Shown here: piece by piece, positions 8,573 through 18,300 of the stretch
Numbering within the stretch: the stretch's first letter is position 1
Layout: every line of letters begins with the position of its first letter
Source of the DNA: a virus
Lineage: Duplodnaviria; Caudoviricetes
DNA length: 29,576 bases
IMG/VR virus record: IMGVR_UViG_3300033475_000120
Span: 1-29,576 of that record
Direction: 5' to 3' (one strand)
Notes under the pieces: generated by a model
Told to the model about the DNA's origin: nothing
The model's input: the letters and a program-made list of their open reading frames with translations, nothing else
The model's database searches: none
Program-made: the position numbers and the translations under genes

Positions 8573-9854
8573 AATCTTTTATACCTAAGCCTGCAAGACC
8601 TGCCAGCCCGCCACCTATACCACCTAATACAGCTCCAGTAGGTCCTGCATATCTACCGCCAGCTACAGCACCTGCTCCAGCACCTAAAGCTGCTTTAGGA
8701 AACCTACCTACAAGCTTTCCAGCTCCAGAAAGAAGAGATGTTGCTAAAGCGCTTTCACCTTTAGGTACAGGCTTTTGTAAATCTTTTTTAAATTGTTTAT
8801 AAACAGATTCACGCTTTTTATCCACAAGATCATCCACTTTTTCTGCAAAATCAAAAGGGATCTCTCCTCCATTGGCTTTGATAATTTCTTTTGCAGAATC
8901 AGATTCAAGAACTTCCAATTGCGCTATTCTTTTTAAATTAGCGTTAATTCTTTTTCTACCTTCGGGACTATTTGATAATGATGGTACCGTCTTTAGGAAC
9001 TGTTCAACATCAGTATCCGTCAATCTTGCTCCAAATACTGCTTTGGCACCACGAATAAAGTTAGCAGCAATTTTGTTATATTCTTCAGCAGGAGCACCAA
9101 CCAGAGCCGGAATATCAAGACCAGAATTTTTCAAAAATTCAACATATCCAGCTCCAGGCAAACCTTCTTTTTCAAGTTCCTCAAAGCGATCCAAACTTTC
9201 TAATGTTTCTTTGGCTGCCTTAGTTCTTTCTCGCAGTTTTTCCCTAAATTCTTTTGATTCCGCACGAGCTTCTAATCTATCTTTTCGTGCTAACTTTTGT
9301 TGGTCTAAACCTAATTTAGCTAATTCAGTCGCCTGCTTAGCATTCAACCCTTTAAGTGAAGGAGCTTTAGCTTGTGCTGGCTGCTTAACTACAGGTTCAG
9401 GTCTATTCAAATATGATTGATACTTTTGCAATTCTTCAGGAGAATGAGCAGCTTTTGCTTTAGGAGATTCCAAATATTTTTTGAGTTGCAACTTTTGCTT
9501 AGCATTAAGGTTAATGCCTGGTTCTGGTTGCACTTGTTGTTCTTGTGCCATATTTGGCTGTTGATTTCCTAAAAGTGAACCTAAAGCTTGTGCATATGCT
9601 TGTTCACCCGGTTCGGCAAGCTTTTGCTTAACAACTTGTTGTAATGATTGTGGATCAAGATGGGCCAATTGAGCAGCTTGCTGTGCATTGTAACCCAACG
9701 CTTGTAAGCCAGTCATAGTTTGTTGGCGTTGTTTTTGTTCTTGGATTGCATTCAATTTATGAGATACAAGATTTTGCAACCCGGTGCTTAAAGCTGAACC
9801 TATTGATTCACTGACTGCGTTTTTTGATGGATCGGTTAATACTTGAAATGCCAT
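8565..9854 (-). CDS. putative DNA ejection/internal virion protein (429 aa)
   Basis: Helical Q/K/E-rich body with C-terminal Gly-zipper; position after tail genes as in podoviruses. Confidence 0.6.
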   Translation of the reverse strand: MAFQVLTDPSKNAVSESIGSALSTGLQNLVSHKLNAIQEQKQRQQTMTGLQALGYNAQQAAQLAHLDPQSLQQVVKQKLAEPGEQAYAQALGSLLGNQQPNMAQEQQVQPEPGINLNAKQKLQLKKYLESPKAKAAHSPEELQKYQSYLNRPEPVVKQPAQAKAPSLKGLNAKQATELAKLGLDQQKLARKDRLEARAESKEFREKLRERTKAAKETLESLDRFEELEKEGLPGAGYVEFLKNSGLDIPALVGAPAEEYNKIAANFIRGAKAVFGARLTDTDVEQFLKTVPSLSNSPEGRKRINANLKRIAQLEVLESDSAKEIIKANGGEIPFDFAEKVDDLVDKKRESVYKQFKKDLQKPVPKGESALATSLLSGAGKLVGRFPKAALGAGAGAVAGGRYAGPTGAVLGGIGGGLAGLAGLGIKDFI

Positions 9855-10525
9855 TATCTGCTCCTTAAAACGGCTAATATGCGCTGTAAATCATTGCCCG
9901 ATACATTGATGCCACCAGCTTTATTGCCCAATGCCTGTGACCCAAAATAATTGCTTGCAGCACCTACACCAGAGCTGAGTAATTGTGGACCGATACCTGG
10001 ATCGCCTGACTCATAATAATTTTCAAACTGAGGTTCTAACCCAAGCTGCAATAATTGTAACGCATTTTGTTGGTTCTGGGTTCCGTATTGTTGCCTTAAA
10101 GCAGCAAGCTCTGAAGCCAATCCTGCGCCGGCCGACCCTAAAGATCCTGCGAAATCGCTTGAACCGCGTGTATCCGATCCACCCATTGCAGTAAACCGTT
10201 CAGCTATACCAGGAACAATGTTACTTTGAAATTGTTGTTTTGCGTAATTCTCAACATCACCAAATCCGGCCAAGGGGTTCTGCAATCCTTGTTGTCCTTG
10301 TTGTAAGAGCAAGTTGAGAACACTCTGTTGTTGTGGGCTAAATTTATTGGGTGTTTGTTTAAAGCCACCCTTTCTACCCGTAAATCCGCCACCAAATAAT
10401 CCTGCAAGGCCACCGATGCCAGCACCAACTGCAGTACCTATACCAGGGACAATAGATCCTAACGTTGCACCACTTGCAGCGCCACCAAGAGCGCCCGTCG
10501 CTGCTCCACCAAAATTAAATGCCAT
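9854..10525 (-). CDS. putative DNA ejection (pilot) protein, Gly-rich (223 aa)
   Basis: N-terminal GxxxG repeats (GAATGALGGAASGATLGS...GAGIGGLAG), Q-rich middle. Confidence 0.65.
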   Translation of the reverse strand: MAFNFGGAATGALGGAASGATLGSIVPGIGTAVGAGIGGLAGLFGGGFTGRKGGFKQTPNKFSPQQQSVLNLLLQQGQQGLQNPLAGFGDVENYAKQQFQSNIVPGIAERFTAMGGSDTRGSSDFAGSLGSAGAGLASELAALRQQYGTQNQQNALQLLQLGLEPQFENYYESGDPGIGPQLLSSGVGAASNYFGSQALGNKAGGINVSGNDLQRILAVLRSR

Positions 10526-10535
10526 ACTATTCTCC

Positions 10536-11081
10536 TTACGTTTGAATGAATTCCACTACAACATAGGTAATGGTGAAATTGATTCTATTTGAACCTGTAG
10601 TTATATTGACATTTGTTGCATCAAGATTCAACTCGATATTGTTAGCCAAAGTTGGCGATGCGTAGGGGAGCGGAATATAATTTTTGCCGGTCACATCGCT
10701 GGCACATCCATAGATTCGCGTAAAGGTTGTTGTTGATGTGCAGGTAATGCCATGAGCCACTGATTTCGTTGCTGTATTGGGTAACGCGCCAAAATTGATA
10801 ACCTTGCGAATTACTTGTCTATCTTGAGGGTATTGAGCTGTCCCAGAACTTAATGCAGGGTTGCTGAAAAATACTTGGCCATTTACAAACTCTGAAAGCT
10901 GGTATTGTCCAGTATCCTTAATATTCAATACCAACACGATATTGTTAATCTGCTGGTACATACGCACCAACAATTCTTTAAATTCAGGACTTTTAACATC
11001 AAGTTCTTGTATTTGTGCTACATCCCATACTTGGGTTGTTTGAAGAAACGCACCATATTGATCTGCATCTTGTATTGCCAT
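10536..11081 (-). CDS. virion/tail-associated hypothetical protein (181 aa)
   Basis: Coupled to tail tube gene; helical N-terminus, beta-rich C-terminus. Confidence 0.7.
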   Translation of the reverse strand: MAIQDADQYGAFLQTTQVWDVAQIQELDVKSPEFKELLVRMYQQINNIVLVLNIKDTGQYQLSEFVNGQVFFSNPALSSGTAQYPQDRQVIRKVINFGALPNTATKSVAHGITCTSTTTFTRIYGCASDVTGKNYIPLPYASPTLANNIELNLDATNVNITTGSNRINFTITYVVVEFIQT

Positions 11082-13402
11082 TATTGCAACCTTACTGATG
11101 TTGGTTGGGTATAGAGAGTTATTCCGTGCATTTCGAAGTCGCTTAAACTAATTAAAGGATTGATCATTTGATCCAAACTGAATGACATAGCAATTTGTAT
11201 AAATTCACCTTGTGACTGGAAGTAAATTGGGTGATGTAAAATATCCTGGTATTGCTCAAACGGGTAATACGTTGGTGAATAAGGTGATGTTTCCAGTACA
11301 TTATTGCCCATTATAGCGCCAGTTGCGGTTCCACCAGCAATCATTCCTACACGGCTTGCATTAGGGTAATAGTCTACCGTAATAGCTCCCGTCGCAGTTC
11401 GCTCAACAGCAAAATCTATTTTAGAAAGATAGAATCCACGATCTTGGTTTACATACGGATTCCATTGCTTACTTTTAATTTGAACGTTAGATACACGAGC
11501 TGCCGTTCCATTGCCCTTATATGTCCCTGAAAGCAATGGCGGCAGCGTTCTATTATTAGTATCAATAATAATAGAATTAGCATTCACCACATCATATACG
11601 CTAAATATGCCGCCGTTGAGTGCAGCCATTGTTGTTGCATCAGCTACAACATTTTCAATCAATATAAAATCATTATCATAATCAAATTCAATAGGCTGAC
11701 TTGTAAGATTGTGGTTGATAATTGTCAGCGTAATAAATCCATTTCCGGTAAAAGCCATGTTAGTTATTGATAATGCTGGAGCGTTACGTGATCTTTCTGG
11801 ATTTAATATATTGATAAATCCTTCGGGCGTGCCAAACAAAATTTGTCTCTGCTGCGCTTGAATCACATTACTATTCCATGAATAACCAGCTTGAGACCAT
11901 GTGGTAGGCACTGAATTAGCCCAGGTTGTATCGCTCGCTTGTTCAAAGTACCCAAACGTGGTTATGCAATCGTCATTCAACGCCCATGATCCTGATTTGT
12001 AATTATATACTAATATTTGGTTGGGGAATTTTTGGAACGGTTGCTTTAAGTCATCAACGTATGTCCAATAGACCAATTCCGTATAATAATCACGAATACC
12101 CGCAGTACGTTGGTTTGCATTATTATCAGTTTCAAACTCAAACACATAGTCAGGTATCTTATCATCAATACGAACCACGTTGGCCCCGTTACACGCATGA
12201 ATACCGCTTTGGCCTATACCCAATACATCTTTATCAAACGGTACTATAGAGAACGTGCTCATTGCACCCAATTCGGTATTAATTTTTTGCCACACAAATG
12301 GAAGCACTTGGTTGTTGGTATATACTAATTCCCAGGTTGATCGTTCAAAATACACAATTAATCGGTCTTTAATAAACTCAGCAGATATAATTTGCTCGTC
12401 AGTAGCCGCATCAACAAATCCACCACCCGCTGCAACATTACCCGATCCATCTGTTTGATTTTTTTCATACCATGCGTTAGCAGCAAACGGTGATCCATAA
12501 AAGCAATAACGCGCTCTATTGGTAAAAGCTGTATTGACTCCAGCGCCTCCGGAATTATCGTTCTCCACTGTATTAAGTAAAACAAGCCTATTCTTAAAGG
12601 CAACTATAATACGTGCTGTTTTAACGTATGGACCTGTATGGATTGCCCCACCACCAGGCCTGAAATAAAATGCATTGTTGCCGGTAGCAGCCGTCCATGT
12701 TGTGCCATCAAATGACCATATTGGATCATCAGTTGCTCCCGGTGTCGGTACAGTGGCATTAAAATTTGTTACAAACATGACAACGGTTCCAGGAACACCT
12801 TCCCAGTTGGTTGACCAAAAATAATTTAAGTCAGAGCCATTCCATTGCGCAGTTCCTGATCTTCCCCATGAACCGCCTGAAAATAAATAAGCAAACTGCG
12901 TATCAAATGCATAGGTTGGATGATTGTTAACCGCTCCTGATTCGTATTGGGTTATGCCCATAACGGGCAATGCCGGATACCAATATACATTAGACCCAGA
13001 ACCACCGGTAAACGTAATGGTGTTAGGCGTTGCTACGCTATCAATAACCGCTGTTACTGTATTGCTTGTCGATAGTGTTGCCACTCCAGCGCCTAACTGG
13101 TACACCATAAACACATCATTATCTAAAGAAAACATCTGCCCTATAGCCAGTTGAGGCGTGTGGGCCGTCGTGTTTGCGGGTAAACTGATTGCGGCGTTGG
13201 TGTTAGCTCCGAGGCTATACCTTAAACGGGTTTGAAGCTGTGTTGTGCCCATCCATTCAGAACCAAATCGTTTTCTAATACGCCCTCTAAATACATAGGC
13301 ATTTTGTAAGTATTCAAAAGCATCCTCAGGAATCAACCAAGGACGCATGTTCGTTTGCAGGCCCGATTCGAATGGCGCTATAAGAAAACGATCTTGTGGC
13401 AT
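11081..13402 (-). CDS. tail tube/nozzle (DNA stabilisation) protein, P22 gp10/T7 gp12-like (773 aa)
   Basis: Size, position, N-terminal GL...P...N...RG.IRKRFG, beta-propeller-like FKNRL and IKDRLIVY repeats. Confidence 0.7.
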   Translation of the reverse strand: MPQDRFLIAPFESGLQTNMRPWLIPEDAFEYLQNAYVFRGRIRKRFGSEWMGTTQLQTRLRYSLGANTNAAISLPANTTAHTPQLAIGQMFSLDNDVFMVYQLGAGVATLSTSNTVTAVIDSVATPNTITFTGGSGSNVYWYPALPVMGITQYESGAVNNHPTYAFDTQFAYLFSGGSWGRSGTAQWNGSDLNYFWSTNWEGVPGTVVMFVTNFNATVPTPGATDDPIWSFDGTTWTAATGNNAFYFRPGGGAIHTGPYVKTARIIVAFKNRLVLLNTVENDNSGGAGVNTAFTNRARYCFYGSPFAANAWYEKNQTDGSGNVAAGGGFVDAATDEQIISAEFIKDRLIVYFERSTWELVYTNNQVLPFVWQKINTELGAMSTFSIVPFDKDVLGIGQSGIHACNGANVVRIDDKIPDYVFEFETDNNANQRTAGIRDYYTELVYWTYVDDLKQPFQKFPNQILVYNYKSGSWALNDDCITTFGYFEQASDTTWANSVPTTWSQAGYSWNSNVIQAQQRQILFGTPEGFINILNPERSRNAPALSITNMAFTGNGFITLTIINHNLTSQPIEFDYDNDFILIENVVADATTMAALNGGIFSVYDVVNANSIIIDTNNRTLPPLLSGTYKGNGTAARVSNVQIKSKQWNPYVNQDRGFYLSKIDFAVERTATGAITVDYYPNASRVGMIAGGTATGAIMGNNVLETSPYSPTYYPFEQYQDILHHPIYFQSQGEFIQIAMSFSLDQMINPLISLSDFEMHGITLYTQPTSVRLQ

Positions 13403-13411
13403 GGTAACTCC

Positions 13412-14029
13412 TTATAGTCCAATAACAAACCAACAAAAATCAGCTGTACCACCAATTGCGGCATTTGTTCGAGCGACAAACTGGGTATTTGAAAATGTCT
13501 GCACATAGATGAAACTTGTTGCCGTAGTACCACTGCTTATACGTGTCACGAGCGGTGATCCTGTTTGTGTTGCAAATCCGGGAAAATTAGTCAGCTCAGT
13601 GGCATAGACAACGGTGAATAATCCTGGTGCTGCACAAGTTGCCCTGCCCCATGCCATTTTCAATCCTGATGGAAGATATGTCCAGCCATTAGCTGCATTG
13701 GTTCCACCTTGTAGACACGCAGTAATAGGGATCTGTGATACCACAGGACCTGTTACTGTTTTATTTACATAGAGTTCGTTAAAACCGGTAGCTGCTAAAT
13801 TGGCAGAATATAAAGCCACATTTCCTGCGGCAAAATTAGAAGCAGCTGGGGGCATTGCTCCTTGTGGTGGCAAATATACCCAGTTAAATCCCGCTGTATT
13901 GTTAATTGAAGCACTGGAATTATTTGAGTTGCCCGCTATTGCACCAAGAATAGTGAAATTATTAAGTATATTGCCTTGGGATATCGATAATTGATCAGTT
14001 GATTGCGGAATCAAAGGTAAAAACGCCAT
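13412..14029 (-). CDS. tail-associated protein with gp53-like C-terminal domain (205 aa)
   Basis: NGWTYLPSGLKMAWG ... WFVIG motif typical of phage tail fibre C-terminal domains. Confidence 0.65.
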   Translation of the reverse strand: MAFLPLIPQSTDQLSISQGNILNNFTILGAIAGNSNNSSASINNTAGFNWVYLPPQGAMPPAASNFAAGNVALYSANLAATGFNELYVNKTVTGPVVSQIPITACLQGGTNAANGWTYLPSGLKMAWGRATCAAPGLFTVVYATELTNFPGFATQTGSPLVTRISSGTTATSFIYVQTFSNTQFVARTNAAIGGTADFCWFVIGL

Positions 14030-14038
14030 CAGCTCTCC

Positions 14039-15172
14039 TTAAGTGTTATTGCCCCAACCAGTCCAACCACCTGTAGTGATAGCCGTCTGCTCGGTATAGA
14101 TTGTTGCAGTTCGCTCGTTGGTGTACTGAACTATTGTTCTGCGATTACATAGATTCATTTGGTTTCTAAATTCAGGAAGTATCATCTGTACAGAATCCAT
14201 ATCCATACGATCTTGGAATATTTTCAAGCTTGCGCCATATGCTATGAATTGCCAGTATTCATTCAATGCAGGCAACGAATTACTCGCCAAAAGCTGGGTC
14301 GGTACTTGATATACTTCCATATTGATACGGTACGGCTGATCCGGTATTGGCCGTATCACAAACTTATTGGCGTAATACATAACTGCTTGAGGCAATGCCA
14401 AAACTTGAGGTACCGTTTGAGAATTGATAGGAATATTAGCCCCGGGCGCTGCGGCGAATGTAATGGTGTAAGCACCCGTGGCGTAATTTATTGTGTTAAC
14501 TCCTGCAAGTGGAATGTCGGGAGGATTAACTAAGGCTGCTTGATAAGCTGCTGAGTTAGGATCATACAGATTACCTATAACAGACTTATTACCAGTTCCT
14601 GGATCAATGACGGGCACGTCAGCCAGCGCTAACCCTTCTAAATTTGAATCGGCAGAACTAAAAAGTACTTGTCCTTGCAACAATGCAATTCGTTGCTGAA
14701 ATGAATTAGGAACAATTGCTTGCTGAGTGTTGATAACTCCAGAAAATGTAGATGTTACCCCATCACCGGTACTGGCAGTTGCTTGGATAAAGTTAATTTT
14801 AGGATATATATTGAAAAACTGCTCAGGTGACTGTGTATATAAAGCCTGATAACCCGCAATATACACGGGTGGATGTATGCTTATGTAATTGTTCTGAAAG
14901 TTGTACAACGGATTGTTTTGTGCCAATGGATTGGTACCAAATGATGCCATATCGGTAGGATATTCATCTTGATAGGGATTAGTAAAAAACGTAAACGTTG
15001 TACGCAGATTAAATGTTCGTAAATGTTCCGGAAAATCATATACCACAAATGTATTAATATACGTATCAAGATCTGAGGTCGTTAATTGTGCTTCTGATGG
15101 TGAACGGGTGAGTCTTCTAACCTTAGTTCTGATCGCCGATAATGATGAATCTGGCTGTGCAATAAATGCCAT
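14039..15172 (-). CDS. head-to-tail adaptor (tail tubular protein A-like, 377 aa)
   Basis: LSAIRTKVRRLT N-terminal helix, IRPIPDQPY...IAYGA C-terminal motifs; position after capsid genes. Confidence 0.65.
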   Translation of the reverse strand: MAFIAQPDSSLSAIRTKVRRLTRSPSEAQLTTSDLDTYINTFVVYDFPEHLRTFNLRTTFTFFTNPYQDEYPTDMASFGTNPLAQNNPLYNFQNNYISIHPPVYIAGYQALYTQSPEQFFNIYPKINFIQATASTGDGVTSTFSGVINTQQAIVPNSFQQRIALLQGQVLFSSADSNLEGLALADVPVIDPGTGNKSVIGNLYDPNSAAYQAALVNPPDIPLAGVNTINYATGAYTITFAAAPGANIPINSQTVPQVLALPQAVMYYANKFVIRPIPDQPYRINMEVYQVPTQLLASNSLPALNEYWQFIAYGASLKIFQDRMDMDSVQMILPEFRNQMNLCNRRTIVQYTNERTATIYTEQTAITTGGWTGWGNNT

Positions 15173-15208
15173 GAATTCTCCTTAATTTTTTTGTCTCAGC
15201 TTACCATA

Positions 15209-15571
15209 TCAAAGCTGATTCACAACAGCAGCTTTTAGGGTGTCATTTTGCTCACCAAGAGGTACACATTGTGCACAAATATTCACAAATGGCCCTAAAC
15301 CGCTGGGCACAGAAAATGACGCGTACATTGTGGTATCAATCGGCACCGTAAATGTTGTTGCACCAGTGACTAAAATAGGAGCTGTTTGCTGATCAATTTG
15401 CTGCATGCCGCATGCTGGTGGTATATCAAAACGTACAATGGTTCCATCAACATAATTGTGATCAAATGTTGTAGTCACCGTAGCGGCAGTGCTATTTGTA
15501 ATCGAGGAGATAAGTCGCATGGCAGGGCCATATACAGGCATGCGGTATGCGTAGCAATTATAATCAGCCAT
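15209..15571 (-). CDS. virion protein with E1-FCCH-like beta domain (120 aa)
   Basis: ISSITNSTAATVTTTFDHNYVDGTIVRF...GMQQID motif. Confidence 0.6.
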   Translation of the reverse strand: MADYNCYAYRMPVYGPAMRLISSITNSTAATVTTTFDHNYVDGTIVRFDIPPACGMQQIDQQTAPILVTGATTFTVPIDTTMYASFSVPSGLGPFVNICAQCVPLGEQNDTLKAAVVNQL

Positions 15572-15591
15572 AACAGCTCCTTAAACGAGGG

Positions 15592-16002
15592 TTATTTAAG
15601 TATAGTAACCGTTTCAATATTTGACGGTTTTAGCTCATTCAGTTCGTCAATATCCATAAAATCAAGTGGATCAAACGAGCAACGGCGCTTTTTCTTAGTG
15701 AGCATTGCGATGTTATTCATATTATCATCTTTTTTATAGGCATATTCTGGATACCAACAGTTGTTTGATAAATGATGCGCTACCCCTCTAGGAATAGTAT
15801 ATATTTCGCCATCATTCAAGGAGTATGTTTCAATTTCATCTTCGCGGTATTTGCGGAAAGAAAATGACATGTTTCCGCCTGGTACTTCATAAAATCTGAA
15901 TATACCGCGTACCATCTCTCTATCTCTGTCTCGTTGATATTTCAGGTCTTTCCCTTTTTTAGGGAGATTACTCTTAGTGTCTTTTTTGATTTCTTCGGCC
16001 AT
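15592..16002 (-). CDS. hypothetical protein (136 aa)
   Basis: AAGGA RBS; located in the head-tail operon. Confidence 0.75.
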   Translation of the reverse strand: MAEEIKKDTKSNLPKKGKDLKYQRDRDREMVRGIFRFYEVPGGNMSFSFRKYREDEIETYSLNDGEIYTIPRGVAHHLSNNCWYPEYAYKKDDNMNNIAMLTKKKRRCSFDPLDFMDIDELNELKPSNIETVTILK

Positions 16003-16018
16003 TGTTTTCCTTTTGAAG

Positions 16019-16048
16019 TGTCGACAAGTTGTCGACAGTTTGTAGACA
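16019..16048. repeat. three palindromic octamers at 11-bp period
   Basis: TGTCGACA(16019) AGT TGTCGACA(16030) GTT TGTAGACA(16041). Confidence 0.75.
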
Positions 16049-16052
16049 ACTG

Positions 16053-16079
16053 AAAAAGAGGGGGAAATGCTCCCCCTCT
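16053..16079 (-). terminator. intrinsic terminator after the capsid/decoration unit
   Basis: AGAGGGGGA/TCCCCCTCT stem plus U tract on minus strand. Confidence 0.8.
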
Positions 16080-16098
16080 AGCAAGTTAACGTAATTGA

Positions 16099-17205
16099 TT
16101 ATAGACCGCCGTAAGATGACTTACCGACTTTCCAGTACACCACGTCAGCAGCTACAGAACCAGCAGGCCCTGTAATCGCCGCACCAGATATTGCACCATT
16201 AGCACCAGTTCCTAAGATCATTCCTAAGAATCCTGTGTTGGTTGTTGCGTCAGCAAGCAATCCTGATTGGGTGCCATATATTTGTTGGCCACCAACGGTT
16301 GGAACTTGTGAAGCAGCAGTTACCAGCGATAACGCAGTATCTTCACCAACGGGAACAAATTGAGGGAATGAGCTTGGTTGTTGTGCAATGGTTGGCCAAG
16401 TAAATGCAGTAAATGCAGTAGTATTGATATCAATCGTGAAATTGTAATCGTCTACTACAGATACAACATTCGCCATCAGGTAGTTGTTATCAGGGGTTGG
16501 ATTCAATTGAATCATTCCTGAAACAGCGGGTATTGCAAATCGAATAGATTGTCCTGGGGTCAATCCATGCGCTACTGAAGTAGATACTTGAGCATTAGCT
16601 GCTTGAGTAATATTTACTACAAAGCGATGTCTTGGATAGAACAATGAATCAGCATTTACAATGCGGTAGAATCCAGCACCACCAATAGCACCAGGAGCTG
16701 TTGCCAATGGATTTGATGCGGTCAATAAGGTGAATGAAGTATTAGCTACTACAGCACCTACAACCATATCAACACCATTAACATCAGTTTGAGCTGTGTT
16801 GCTCATACGCACAACAGAACCTACTGCAAGACCAGCGGTTGAACCGGTGGATACAACAGGGCGTGTTGCGTTGGTAGAAGCAGTGGTTGCTACTGGATTA
16901 CCAAGCAATGGTAATGCACCAACTGATTGACCTGATGGATCGTACAAGGTGAATCCACCAGAAGTAATTAAGTCACCGGTTACTACAGCACCGCCGTTTG
17001 CATAGTATTTAACTAATGCAGAGCCAGCTGGCATGCCGCGTTGCCAGAAATACTCAAAACCAAAAGCGCTTGCGCCACCCACGGTTCCTTGTCTGGTGTA
17101 GTTACGTACTTCAATCCAATCAACATTAGAAGGAATAACAAGTGTTCGGTTCACAATAGTAGCAGGTACTATAAATGAACCTTGTGAAAGAATAGTTCCG
17201 TCCAT
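16099..17205 (-). CDS. capsid decoration/minor structural protein (368 aa)
   Basis: Directly after MCP with AAAGGAG RBS; A/T/G/V-rich beta repeats including FCCH-like VNITQAANAQVSTSVAHGLTPGQSIRF. Confidence 0.65.
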   Translation of the reverse strand: MDGTILSQGSFIVPATIVNRTLVIPSNVDWIEVRNYTRQGTVGGASAFGFEYFWQRGMPAGSALVKYYANGGAVVTGDLITSGGFTLYDPSGQSVGALPLLGNPVATTASTNATRPVVSTGSTAGLAVGSVVRMSNTAQTDVNGVDMVVGAVVANTSFTLLTASNPLATAPGAIGGAGFYRIVNADSLFYPRHRFVVNITQAANAQVSTSVAHGLTPGQSIRFAIPAVSGMIQLNPTPDNNYLMANVVSVVDDYNFTIDINTTAFTAFTWPTIAQQPSSFPQFVPVGEDTALSLVTAASQVPTVGGQQIYGTQSGLLADATTNTGFLGMILGTGANGAISGAAITGPAGSVAADVVYWKVGKSSYGGL

Positions 17206-17215
17206 AGCTTCTCCT

Positions 17216-17731
17216 TTATGCTAATGTTGCGCGTAAGTTGATTACCCACAAGTCATTAGTGATTCGTGGAACTTCAGCAAATTTATAGCCGACAGAAGCG
17301 TTAAGCGCTAATGGGCCATCATATATTGGTGGTCGATAGATAAAGCTTGCGGAATATCCATCTTGTTCAATACATGCATATGCTTCCATACCCACGCAGA
17401 AGATATTGTATACATTAGCTCCGTTGCTTGAAGCATTAGGAGTTACTGATCCAATAGAGCTGATAAGGAAACGAAGGTTACCAATAGCACCCCATTCTGA
17501 ACGCAATGCATTCATAGGAGCTGGATATTGGTTCTTTTGAATAAAACCAGCAACCGCATCCAAGTTACCCGTTAATTGGGTTGAGCATAATGCAAAGTAT
17601 GCATCACGAACTGGAGCTGTACCGAACTTATCTTCACCTTCGATGTTGTCCATGATTGTGTATGCATTGTTATTTAACAATGTACGCACAACAGCATCAA
17701 CATCTGAACGTGTGATTTCTGTTGGGTTATC
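17216..17731 (-). CDS. major capsid protein exon 3 (171 aa + stop)
   Basis: Begins GAT after terminal intron G: DNPTEITRSDVDAVVRTLL...EWGAIGNLRF...GPLALNASVGYK (N4 gp56-like MCP C-terminal motifs). Confidence 0.85.
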   Translation of the reverse strand, partial: DNPTEITRSDVDAVVRTLLNNNAYTIMDNIEGEDKFGTAPVRDAYFALCSTQLTGNLDAVAGFIQKNQYPAPMNALRSEWGAIGNLRFLISSIGSVTPNASSNGANVYNIFCVGMEAYACIEQDGYSASFIYRPPIYDGPLALNASVGYKFAEVPRITNDLWVINLRATLA

Positions 17732-18173
17732 CTTTTCTGTTACTTCAGCTTTCGCTTACTGACCTCTTCAGGCGGGGACTTTCTCTACTTATCCCTCATT
17801 GTGTTTCCACAATGTTCAGAGCACCGCATCCTTCGTGCATTTACATCCGTATCGTTGCAATTCCCACCAACCATCTTGATTTTGATGATAGGAGTGATAA
17901 CAGCGCGGAGGTTTTACAGGAAGGTCTTCTCGCTTGCTACGTTCAGGCTGTTTGAGTTTTCTGTTTTCTTCTTCAAGTTTTTTTATCTCTTCTCGATGTC
18001 TTTCTCGCGATCTTCTCTCAGAAGATTCTGCCAATTGCCTTGCGTTATTATCAAGAATCGATTTTACTATCCAAAAACCACTTACACTCATTCTTGCCCC
18101 TTGTTGCCGGTTAGCTATATGCCACTACGGTTTCCAAGTCTATCAGAGAAGATTTAAAAACGGCAATAATTCT
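17732..18173 (-). mobile_element. group I self-splicing intron 2 in MCP (442 nt)
   Basis: P1 AACGGU/GCCGUU with U.G at the splice site; P10 UUAUU/GAUAA; P3 UCUUCUC/GAGAAGA; P4 CUUG/CAAG; P9 CAUUGUG-GAAA-CACAAUG; ends in G; removal restores the frame. Confidence 0.88.
17816..18091 (-). CDS. intron-2 internal ORF (91 aa), charged/coiled-coil; not a recognisable homing endonuclease
   Basis: ATG right after AAGGGGCAAGA (SD-like); runs through the ribozyme core (QPERSKRED). Confidence 0.45.
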   Translation of the reverse strand: MSVSGFWIVKSILDNNARQLAESSERRSRERHREEIKKLEEENRKLKQPERSKREDLPVKPPRCYHSYHQNQDGWWELQRYGCKCTKDAVL

Positions 18174-18293
18174 ACCGTTCACACCGCCAACGCAGTTAAT
18201 GAAACCAGCAGTTGCTGCTAACATATCACGGGTTAGTTGGTCTTCTGTTTGACGAAGTGAAACACCCAAACGTGCCGCACATTCGTTTAATAC
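18174..18293 (-). CDS. major capsid protein exon 2 (40 aa)
   Basis: VLNECAARLGVSLRQTEDQLTRDMLAATAGFINCVGGVNG, fitting the long spine helix of an HK97-fold MCP. Confidence 0.85.
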
Positions 18294-18300
18294 CAATCTG

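Noticed and set aside
3374-14533. Many plus-strand ORFs such as 3374..3598, 4052..4366, 5169..5492, 7656..7985, 8872..9420 and 14159..14533
   Set aside because: Antisense shadows of long minus-strand structural genes, without RBS or protein-like features
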